43,799 nt of DNA. Source: Vicugna vicugna (taxonomy: Eukaryota). The position numbers and the translations under genes were made by a program. Location: assembly GCA_013265495.1 (NCBI GenBank), contig MU057552.1, positions 32,852-76,650 of the forward strand, read 5' to 3'. Below are positions 25,665 through 36,095 of this stretch, one piece after another (position 1 is the first letter of the stretch; the number at the start of each line of letters is the position of its first letter). The notes beneath the pieces were generated by a model, which was not told the origin of the DNA, ran no database searches, and saw nothing but the letters and a program-made list of their open reading frames with translations.

Positions 25665-27853
25665 CAGGCATACCTTGGAAACACTGCAGGCTCAATTCCA
25701 GGCTACCACAATGAAGTCAATGTTGCAACAAAGCAAGTCACAGGAGTTTTGGGGTTTCCTAGCACAGATAAATTTATAGTTACAATATACTATAGCCTGT
25801 TAAGTGCACAATAACATTATGTCTAAAAAATATACATACCTTGATCAAAAAATACTTTGTTGTTAAAAAATGCTAATCACCCACTGAGCTGACATTGAGC
25901 TGTAATCTTTCTGCTGGTGGAGGGTCTTGCCTCCATGTTGGTGGCGGCTGACTGACCAGGGTGGTGGTTGCTGGAAGCTGGGGTGGCTGTGGTAATTTCT
26001 AAAAATTAAGCAGCGATGCTTGCTGCATCAATTGGCTCTTCCTTTTACAAGTGATTTCCCTCTAATGTGTAATGCTGTTTGATAGCACTCTATTCACTGT
26101 AAAACTTCTTTCAAATCTGGGCTCAATTCTCTCAAACCCTACTGCCACTTTATCAAGTTTATGTAATATTCTAAATCCTTTTTGGTCATTTCAACAATCT
26201 TCATAACATCTTCACCAAGAGTAGATTTCATCTCAAGAATCACTTTCTTTGTTCATCCATAAGGAGCAACTCTTCACCCAATTACATTTTATCCTGAGAT
26301 TGCAGCTAATTCTGTCACATCTTCTTGCTCCACTTCTGATTCTCATTCTCTTGCTATTTCCACCACATCTGCAGTTCATTCCTCCACTGAAGGTTTGAAC
26401 TCCTCAAAAAGTCATCCAGGAGGATTGGAATCAATGTCTTTCAAACTCCTGTTAATGTTGATACTTTGACCTCTTCCCACAAGTCACAAATGTCCTTAAT
26501 GGCATCTAGAATGGGGAACCCTTTCCAGAAGGTTTTCACTTTACTTGGCACAGATTCATCAGAGAAATTTCTACTTATGGCAGCCGTAGCCTTGCAAAAT
26601 ATATCTTAAATAATAAGACTTGAGAGTTGTAGTCAATCTATCCATGGGCTGCAGAACATATGTTTTGTTAGCAGGCACATAAGATTAATCTCCATCAGAG
26701 CTCTTGGTTAATCATTTGCATTGCCAATGAGCAAAAATATTTTGAAAGGAATCTTTTTGGTTTTTTTCTGAGGTCTCAACTGTGAGCTTAAAATATTCAA
26801 TAAACCACGTTGTCAATAGATGTGCTCTCATCTAGGCTTTGTTACATTCATAGAACACAGGACAGCAGGCTGAACATAATTCTTCAGGGCCTGATGGTTT
26901 TCAGAATGATAGATAAGTAGTGGCTTCAACTTAAAGTCACCAGCAATGTTAGGCCCGAATGAAAGTCCTAGATGGCATCTTCCAATATAAGGCTGTTCCA
27001 TCAACACTGAAAATCTGTCATTTAGTGTGGACACCAAAATGAATTCTCTTACTGAGATCCTGAGGCTGACTTGCTGCACTTTCTCCATCAGCCTTTATTG
27101 TTTCCCCTTGTACATTTGTGTTATGGAGATTGTGTCTTTCCTTAAACCTCATCAGCCAACCTCTGCTAGCTTCAGACTTCTTTTCTGCAGCTTTCTCGCC
27201 TCTCTCAGCCTTCAAGGAATTAAAGAGAATTAGGGCCTTGCTCTAGATTAGGTTTTGGATTAAGGGAATGCTGTGGCTGATTAGATTTTTTATCTAGAAC
27301 AATAAAGCTTACTCCGTATCAGCAATTAGCCTGTTTCACTTTCTTATTATTGGTGTATTCACTGGAGTAGCACTGTTAATTTCCTTCAAGAACTTTCCTT
27401 TGCTCACAATTTGACTCATTTGCACAAGAGGCCTAGTTTTCAGTCTATCTCAGCTTTAGCATGTCTTCCTCACTGCACCTAATTGTTTCTAGCTTTTGAT
27501 TTAAAGTGAGAGACATGCGACTCTTACTTTCACTTGAACACTGGGACCACTGTAGGGTTATTAATTACCCTGATTACAGTATTGTCATGTATTAAGTAAT
27601 AGGGAGGTCTGTAGAGAGGGAGACAGATGGGGGAATGACCAATTGGTGGAGCAGCCAGAACACACAGCATTTACCAATTATGTTTGCCATCTTAAATGGG
27701 TGTGGTTTTTGGCACCCCAAAACAATTGCCATAGTAACATCAAGGATTACCGATCACAGATTACCACAACAAGTATAATAATAATGAAAAATTTTGAAAT
27801 ATTGCAAGAATTGCTAAAATGTAACACAAAGACATGAATTGAGCAAATGCTGT
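25665..27853 (-). mobile_element. Tigger1 (TcMar-Tigger) DNA transposon lacking its 5' terminus
   Basis: TA (25663-25664) followed by TIR caggcatacct. Transposase remnants [32 protein letters not shown] and AGDFKLKPLLIYHSENHQALKNY. The match ends at gagcaaatgctgt without a second TIR. Confidence 0.93.
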
Positions 27854-28189
27854 GATAGCGCTGCCACCAGCACAGTGAAGTGAGACTAGAAGAAAACATT
27901 GCACCAATTTTAACATGAATAATAATCACAATTATCTCTGGTAAAGCAAAATTTAAAAACTATTACTTAGATAAAAATATTTTAAACAAAAAAAGTAGAC
28001 AATATTAAGAGACATTTTCAGAAAATACATAGTAAATTTTCATAAGAAGTTTCCTAAGTCAAAAGAGAAGCAACAAACTTATTCACCTGAGATCAGAATT
28101 AATTGTCCAACAAACATTTTTAAAAGATTTTTAAAGGATCTGGGCTTATTACTCTAGTGAGCTATAAAATGGTATGGATTCTTGCAAAA

Positions 28190-28275
28190 AGAAAGAGAGG
28201 GAGGGAGAGGGAGATGAAAGAAAGAAAGGAAGGATGGAAGGAAGGAAGGATGGAAGGAAGGAAAGAGGGAAGAAA
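28190..28275 (+). repeat. Compound purine microsatellite (GAAA/GGGA/GGAA)n
   Basis: gaaagagagggagggagagggagatgaaagaaagaaaggaaggatggaaggaagg... Confidence 0.9.
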
Positions 28276-28796
28276 CCACATTTAAGTAGAGAGATGGTAA
28301 ATAAATTATTTCAATTATAGATATTTTATTAGAAAATTATGAGGAATACTAAAACAGATATTATAGAAAAAGTAGAAGGCCTTCAATTAAGCCACCAAAC
28401 AACTCTTCATCATATGGAAGACATGTCTAACAGTATCAAAAATCAGTAGATTCAAAATATGAGAAATTACTTTTCTTTGAGCTTTAGATAAGCCATGTGA
28501 TACAAGAGACACTACCAAAGTACAACTTTAGACACATTTTCTTTGAAAGAACTTCCAAACTTAAGAATAAATGTCAGTATGTACTTTAAAAAAATCAAAA
28601 TTGTAGCATGGATTATTTTTCATCTTTTACACGGCCAATGAATTTCAGCTATATATTAAAATATTACTCTCTGTCTCAATAGACAGCTCCAGCCATGTTA
28701 GGTTAAAAAGCTACACTTACTGGATTTTAAAAAAAAGAAACTTATATTCCTCTTATTGCTCTGCTCCAGTGTATGATATACATAGAGTAGATTTAT

Positions 28797-28926
28797 GAGG
28801 GGGCGAGTATAGCTCAGCGATAGAGTGTGTGCCTATCATGCACAAGGTCCTGGGTTCAACCCCCAGTGCCATCATCAAAAACAAACAAACATACAAATAA
28901 ACCTAATTACCTCCCCCTCAAAAAAT
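28797..28926 (+). mobile_element. tRNA-derived SINE (Vic-1 type)
   Basis: gggggcgagtatagctcagcgatagag...catgcacaaggtcctgggttcaacccccagt...aaataaacctaattacctcccc followed by an A-run. Confidence 0.9.
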
Positions 28927-29332
28927 AGAATGAAAAAATGTTTGTGCTCAGCATTCTAAAGCTATGAAAAGTAGCATGTATTAAGTTGTTAAAACTGATA
29001 AGTATGTACATGAAAATAATAAGAATCCTAGCCAGCTTGCAAAATTATTGGAAAAATAGAAAACAACACATTTAAGAATCTTGTGTATCTTGCTCAATGG
29101 TTGAGTAGAGGAAGAAGTTCACAAAGATTTACTGTATTATTAACTCTGATCAAGAAAGTATTTTTTCAATATTCAATAATCAAAGACAAAAATAGCATTG
29201 CTTATGTTTTCTCACTGGTATCTCAGTACAGGTAAACAAGCATGGCTTTAAGTACCAAAGAAAGAGAAATTGTACCTATGACCTAGTTACACAGGTACAG
29301 ACATTTATGTTGAAATTGAAAGTTCTCATAAT

Positions 29333-29933
29333 TGTGGGAGCCCACGGTGGGTTAACAAATTGTAACAGATCCCAGCCGCTTATCTCCTTAAAAAAGATGT
29401 GCTTAGTAACTGCCTTGAGGTTTTAGCAATGACCAAGGCCCCTGGCTATAAATGCTGGGCGTGCCTGCTGTTAGTCTTCTATCCCCAAAACAGCCTTGGG
29501 CTGGAATGGTAAAAAGCTGCAGACTCAGAGGTGAGAAGGCTGGGTAGCCAATGACCGGAAAGATCCCCTGAGGGGGGCAACCTAAGACAGGCACAGCCGC
29601 CTGAGTCCAAAGTGTTAAGCAGCTGATTCTCAGATGTTCTGCCCTGATAAGCTGAAAGGCTCAACACAAACATGATTCACCAAGAAGAGTCTTCTGACCT
29701 TGAGCCCAACACCAACTATAAACAAAGCCTTTGTGCTCATTGTGATCCCACCTTATCCTTTCCCAAATTCCTGCATTCCTCCTTTGACTGTACTCAGCAA
29801 TTGTGGGAGATTTGAGAGGCTCCAGGTTCCCAACTCCCTCTCGTTCTCTTGACTTTTCCACAGTCTTGAGTAATTAATTCCGTCTTGGTGGGACTTCTGC
29901 TGGCCAGAACCCACAACTGATGACGAACCCACA
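29333..29933 (+). mobile_element. ERV LTR with 5-bp TSD and duplicated terminus
   Basis: Starts tgtggg and ends cccaca (inverted termini). Perfect TSD ataat at 29328-29332 and 29934-29938. GC-richer than the host, with ctataaa TATA-like boxes and a ccaat motif. Confidence 0.88.
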
Positions 29934-31239
29934 ATAATATGAATTGATAATAAAGATTTTACATTTTTCCTAACATAAATCAATATACAGAATATGTTGT
30001 TTACAATGCAGAGTGTTGCAAAAATTGGCTGCAAAAATAATCAGAAACAGTTGAACAGTTTGTTGTTTTGACAGAATTTAAAGTTGTTGTTCAACTTATG
30101 CAATATCCTTAGGAATTGATGTTAATAACACTAATTTGACACAAGAATTAGTGAATTTACTTAATTTAAGTAGCACAGATTTGAAACTGTTAAACTTTTG
30201 CTTCAAATTCTAAAAAAACATGAACAAGTTTTATCAAATTAGATAAAAATACTAAAAAAAGAATTTGGGCACTTAATTCAGATATTGAAAAGTATAAGTT
30301 TCTTTGGAACAACTTGGTCATGTGAATCTGCATTTCCAACCATAAATTGTTTGAAGTCCAAACTAAGACCAAGCATTTTGATGCAAATTTGGTGATTCAA
30401 TCAGGATGTAAAAGATCTACTAGTGTGAAGGAAAAGCCGGGCTGGTCTAACAAGATAACTCACAAATGTAAGTATCAGTATACTGATCTGAGTTCTGCTG
30501 GACTAACTTGTAAATCTAAGTTAATTAGTGTTGGTTTGCTGTTCATGTTCTTTTTGCTAGCCAGCTGGGTTTTTGAAGATACATATCTGGCTTTGGAATG
30601 GTGGTTTGCTGCCTCCAGCCTCCGCTTTTGTGATGATAATGGTGCTAAAGCTGTTCCATGCCTATTGGCCGAATACCCCAAGCTTGCACTTTACCTTATA
30701 AAACCTCATGCGCACGTCTTGGAGGTGCTCAGAGCTTTGGAGCAGAAGCCCCTCGGAGCCCGCTGGCATAATACATCTGAGTACTCCAACCCTCCGAGTG
30801 GTGCTTGTTTCTTGACTGGCCTGTCGTTTCCATAACACTCTGGGAAGACAGAACTTGAAACTGGTCTTGAGGGCAGAGCTGTGCTCCCCTTGCCTTCCAT
30901 GCTTCATGTTTTACACAGGGAAGTGAAATGGCCCCGGCCAAGTAAGACCTGCTGTGCGCCCACCTCAGTCCTGGGCTCTGAGGCAGACAGACTGGCTCCC
31001 AGCCTCAAGGCCAAGTTTGGGCACCTGAATGGTCCCTTGGAGGCATCCCATCAGTTCTCAGGAAGAAGTCTGGCTGCTTCCACCCCAAGGCCCTCCCTCC
31101 CACAGTGCTGGCCTCAGGAAGGTTCCTTATTTGGGGAAGGAGGCAGCCCACCCCCTACCCCACCCCTCACCGTGCTCTCACCCAGGCTGGTGCTCCCTCT
31201 GCCGGTCGGAGTCTGGAAAGCCATCCCTCTTCAGTTATG

Positions 31240-32175
31240 TCCCTTCTGAAATGGACTTGCTTCCACTCAATTCTAGGCGAGGATGCACCATGGAATGCAC
31301 TGGGTAAGAGAACCAAAATTTATAGTTTCTTCTGTGAGGTTATCTATTAATCTACTGGGGCTGGGCTGTGTGTAGTTTGCTACAGCTATTGGTGTGAGAG
31401 GCTAAAGCCACATGTGTGTCCTTGTTTTCATCTCCCCGCTGTCTTTGGGATTTCCCTAGCACTGCTGAGACATTTACTTCTTTTAGTTTTATTCCTGTTA
31501 TTACACAGGGGCCCTACTGTCATGGAGGTAAGGGGTTGGGGGAGCGGGACAGAGCAGGGCATCTGTAGTTCTGTGATTAGTTCTCATTGAAACTGTACCC
31601 TGAGCTGTGACATCCACAAGTGTGTCTCTTTTCCCCCATCCCAATTTGGGTGACACAGAAGGTATTTCCCTTCCCCCAGGTTGGTTAGGCTCTGGTAAAA
31701 TAATTTCTCATTAAAAAAAATACACAACCCCCCACAACGGAAGAGAATGTTCTGGGTGTATTTCAATAGAGCTATTTTCTCCTTTCCTGGGAGGAAGCAT
31801 GAGGGGTTCTTCTCTGATCTTCACTCTGAGAATAGGGCATGGTCCTGGAGGTAAAATGCATGAAAAGGGCAGGAACTGGCCCCCTGGAGTTGTCACACTC
31901 AGACTTCCCCACGCTGAGCCTCCCGCTGGCCTCAGGGACCTGTTAAATCTGCCTGCCCCCGGGGTTCTTACAAAAGCGGGTCCTTCCCTGGGAGCTGTGA
32001 CTCTTCAAGCCTGCCCGGCTGCCTCTCTGGGTTGGGAGCAGCTTTCCCCCTCAGTTTTCTGGTGGATCTAAGAAGAGCAGTGGGTTTGCAGCTCCCTCAG
32101 CTCTGGTGTTGTTTTCAGGACAGAAGGAGCAACTTCTGAGCTCCTCACAAGCTGGACCAGAGGCTGCAAGTCTCC
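31240..32175 (-). mobile_element. Old L1MC/L1MD-type 5' end
   Basis: ggtatttcccttcccccaggttggttaggctctggtaaaata, tcctggaggtaaaa and ggatctaagaagag...gagctcctcacaagctggaccaga resemble the recalled L1MD 5'-end consensus. Confidence 0.65.
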
Positions 32176-34668
32176 CCTCCTCTGCCTCCATGCAGACAAT
32201 CAGGGGCTGTGGTTCTAGCCGAGTTTCTGAAGATGTGGATTTTAACACACGCATCCCAGCCCCCACAGGAACACACAGTCCCATAAATCCCTACAACTTC
32301 CACTGGTAACTACGGAGCTGATGGGGACACGGGTTTCGGGGCCACAGAAGCCTGACTGCATGACTTGCTCTGTGGCCTCTTAACGTGGTTGCTCTAGGCC
32401 TTGTCTGAAGTGGCTTGCTCACTGCACCTGGTATGTGGGAAATATAAAATAAGTACTAGAACCTCCACTTTTGCTCCCTCCAGGGCCTTCCAACATAAAA
32501 AGTAATAAGTGAACTCAGAAGGCCTAGTCACCACAATGAGGTCCGAGCAGCCTGGCTCTCCTGAGTGACGGGCACTGATTTGCATGTTAACTCAGAGCAG
32601 TAGGGGAACCGCCTTCCTCTAACTGGGCGTCTCCCCACACCAGGCACGCCCTCAGCTGAGCCGGGGCCAACTCCCCCATTGAGGTGTGTGCCGGTGGCTT
32701 CATTGTGACCTGGCCCTGCCGGGACTTGAACCTACAGTGAGGTGGAGGGTCAGGAGAAGGGGGGTCCTTGCTGGGGCAGCAGGGGGCCCGGTAGCGCCCT
32801 GCCCAGCCTGGTGCCTGGGGCTCCCCAACACCTCCCACGGCCCCCGGGTCGGCTCTGGTCCGGGCCACTCCACGCACCCTCCCAGTACATTTTCATTAAG
32901 TCCCTTTATTGCTTTTATCAGCCAGAGGTGGCTTCTGTTGCTTGTTCAGTGAAATAGTGCATCAGGAAACCAGACTATTTCTAAGATCAGTAAAATACCA
33001 ACTTCTGTCAGCTCGCCGGGCAGACCGTGCAGCACAAATTCCCGCACAGGGCTGTGCAAATGCCTTACGTGAAGGGTCCTCATCATCTGTCTTCAGAGAT
33101 ACAGAAGCTGGTGTTTCAGGTAAAACCTCAGGGAGGGATTGAGGAATCCAAAGCTGGTTGGTTTCAAAGACTAACCGGTCGGACCAGACCCCTGAGCTGT
33201 GGTCAGAAGCCTGGCTCAATGTCACGCAGACTCAGTGCCCTAAGTGCCGGGAGGGGCCGGTGCTGTTCCCTTTTCAGGCTCTCGTTGGGGAGTCACTGTA
33301 GCCCCTAAAACGCAGCAGGGAATCCAGCCCCCTTAGCCCCCATCCTGAGTGTTCCATGACACAAATCCTGGGAGTGTTTAATTTTCATCTTTGTTTAGGA
33401 GGACGATGGTGGGGCAAGAGGAGACATAAATTCACACTTAGTGACACCAAGTCACAGCCAGTACCTCCTCCTCGGAGAGCTATGTGCTCCCACAGCGGTG
33501 GCTGGGGGGCTGGGCAGAGCCCCTCCGCTGGTCCCAGAGGGACTCTATCCTCTGGCTGCAACTGATGGGTTGGACAACCAATCCAGAGGGGACAGAACAT
33601 CTTTCCTGGGAATTTGGAACTGACACACAGAAATCAAGTTCACTCATCTGGGGATTGGGAGGAGGGTGGGAATCAAATGAAATCAGAGCAGGAGAGAAAG
33701 TTACAAGTGAATAAGAGAGAGAGACAGAGAGACTGAGCTTGTGAGAGCAGATAGTGGGAAGGAAGGAAAACAATCAAGGGACAGAGCAATTCCAGCTCCT
33801 GAGTGTCTAGTGTGTCCCAGCCCATCAACGACCCCGTGGGATGGTTAACATCATTCCAGTTTTCCAGATTAGGAAACAGGCTGAAAGAGACAAGGGCTGG
33901 CTTCGGGTGCACAGTTAATTTAAGTGCCGCTGGACCCCTCACTTCCCACTGCCTGAAGGCACCATGATCCTCACAGGGACCCTGCTGTGCTGACAGCCCA
34001 GCACCCTGATCAAAGGGCCTCTGCAGGAGTGGGAACCCCTCTGAGTGTGGAGAGTTCCCTGCACCGAGATGCCATGCATCAGCCGGCTCCCACTCACCGC
34101 AGGTTAACGTCTCCCCAGCTGTGCAGTCTCCCGACCCGCTTACCTCCCTGCCAGGCACCCCCATCCTTACCACCGAGTGTACTGCAGGAATTCAGGCACA
34201 GGGATACCCAAAGCAATACGAGCCCACCGGCTGTACAAACAGCAGACTCCCAGCCCCACCTGGGCTCCATGGGGACAGTAGGCGTCCTCACCTTTCATGT
34301 ATCTAAGGCAATCTGCTTCTTCAGCTGGAGGCTATAGAGAAAAATAAAAGGTCCAAAACATCGTTCAGTGAGGAATTCCTCCAAGGGCCTGACTCCAGAG
34401 TCTACAACAAGGTGTGCTGGCCGCTCCTACCCCCGGACTTGGGGTGAAGGTGGATTATTGATCAGCACAACCGCCGGTGGCCCAGCTCCTGGGCTTGGCT
34501 GCCCAGAGGGGGCTGGGGGAATGGGTAAGGCCAGGGCACTCAGGAAGAGCACAGAGGCCCTGTCCTCACCCCTCCGCACTTGTAAGCCCTACCCCAAATA
34601 TCAAGGCATCGGACAGAGAGCAGCCACCACAATAAGGAGATGCTCCCATCTCTTCACTCACTCCTGTC

Positions 34669-35639
34669 TGTTCACTTATGTGCTGAGCATCCACTGGGTC
34701 ACAGGACATGACACACAGGATGGCCGATGGGACAGGCTTGGTCCTCCCCCCTGGACCCTGTTCAATCTGATGGAAGAATGATCAGTTATAAACGGTTTCT
34801 CAAAAGGATACATAGACCGAGGACAAACTGCAGAGTGAATCAAATTTTAAAATATATATGAAGATCCCCCAGTCTTCCCGCCTAAGGTTAACAGCATAAA
34901 GCAAAAAGATCTTGCCTTTGATCACCAAGAAAGTGGTCACCCCTCTCAGGAGGAAAGGAGAGTTAGTCTTTGAGCAGGACACAGAAGTGCTCCATCGGAT
35001 TGGACCAGGGCCTCTGCATTCATTCAGCAAATCTGTATAAGCTCCTACTACATATGGGAATCTAGTAACTAGACCCATTCCCAAGGCTCTCAGGCTTTAT
35101 TAGTCAACAAAACAGACACGACTCCCCATCACTGGGGGCTCAGAGTTTTAGCAATGTTCACTTATGTGCTGAGCATCCACTGGGTCACAGGACATGACAC
35201 ACAGGATGGCCGATGGGACAGGCTTGGTCCTCCCCCCTGGACCCTGTTCAATCTGATGGAAGAATGATCAGTTATAAACGGTTTCTCAAAAGGATACATA
35301 GACCGAGGACAAACTGCAGAGTGAATCAAATTTTAAAATATATATGAAGATCCCCCAGTCTTCCCGCCTAAGGTTAACAGCATAAAGCAAAAAGATCTTG
35401 CCTTTGATCACCAAGAAAGTGGTCACCCCTCTCAGGAGGAAAGGAGAGTTATTCTTTGAGCAGGACACAGAAGTGCTCCATCGGATTGGACCAGGGCCTC
35501 TGCATTCATTCAGCAAATCTGTATAAGCTCCTACTACATATGGGAATCTAGTAACTAGACCCATTCCCAAGGCTCTCAGGCTTTATTAGTCAACAAAACA
35601 GACACGACTCCCCATCACTGGGGGCTCAGAGTTTTAGCA
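34669..35639 (+). repeat. Tandem duplication, 2 x 485 bp (period 486)
   Basis: Copies 34669-35153 and 35155-35639 are separated by one A. The only difference seen is agttaGtctt vs agttaTtctt. Confidence 0.97.
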
Positions 35640-35974
35640 GAGGAAACAGGCAGCATGTTGGAGGTAGCAAGAGCTTGGGGAAAAATAAGAGTGATATGAG
35701 CAAACTCAGGTGATGGCTGTGGGGTGGGAGGCAGGCAGGAGGGAATAAGCAAATCCTGGCAGATCTCATGGAGTAATGAACTTGAAGCAGAATAGATCTG
35801 GAGGAAGAAGGAAGAGCAGGAGCCAGAGGCCCCCAGAGTGAGGGGGAGAGTGTGGGTAGAGGGGCAGAGCATGCCGGATCCTGGAAGCCTTCGTGACGAC
35901 TTTGGCTCCTAATGAAATGGTGACCCTTTTAGTGAGTTTTGATGGTATGAGTGATGTAGTCCAATTTATGCTTT

Positions 35975-36095
35975 GGTTTTGTTTTTTTTGGGGGGGAGGG
36001 TAATTCATTTATTTTAATGAAGGTGCTGGGGATTGAACCCAGGATCTCATGCATTCTAAGCATGCGCTCTACCACTGAGCTACACTCACCCCTTC
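35975..36095 (-). mobile_element. tRNA-derived SINE (Vic-1 type)
   Basis: ctggggattgaacccaggatctcatgcattctaagcatgcgctctaccactgagctacactcacccc. TSD core tatgcttt at 35967-35974 / 36100-36107. Confidence 0.9.

Larger units (their letters stand above)
25440..30410 (+). mobile_element. Autonomous-type hAT-Charlie (Charlie7-like) transposase fossil, split by nested insertions
   Basis: Decayed hAT motifs occur in the expected order: NIKRHF (~28001), SYKMVWILAK (~28159), LQLSHQT (28381), ALDKPCD (28481, catalytic ALDES-D region), PAM (~28690), CMI-H (28770), WLSRG (29098-29112), FGTTWSCESAF..LKSKLR (30303-30367, dimerisation domain). Left boundary is approximate. Confidence 0.85.

Noticed and set aside
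26828..27215. ORFs resembling TIGD1
   Set aside because: They are fragments inside a TIR-bearing Tigger1 copy with frameshifts and deletions, not a domesticated gene.
27855..30410. GTF2IRD2/ZBED/FAM200-like domesticated transposase gene
   Set aside because: Dense stops, frameshifts and nested insertions show neutral decay.
32921..33119. Possible plus-strand exon (ttttatcag|CC...CAG|gtaaaa) with one open frame
   Set aside because: Peptide unrecognised, no partner exons identified and the donor is weak. Not supportable without transcript data.
34800..35570. Two near-identical 94-aa ORFs as a duplicated gene
   Set aside because: By-product of the 486-bp duplication, partly L2-derived, with a non-ATG start.
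10223..36095. Three tRNA-Ala-like sequences as tRNA genes
   Set aside because: They have degenerate stems, a shared non-tRNA tail (aaacctaattacc), A-runs and TSDs, so they are SINEs.
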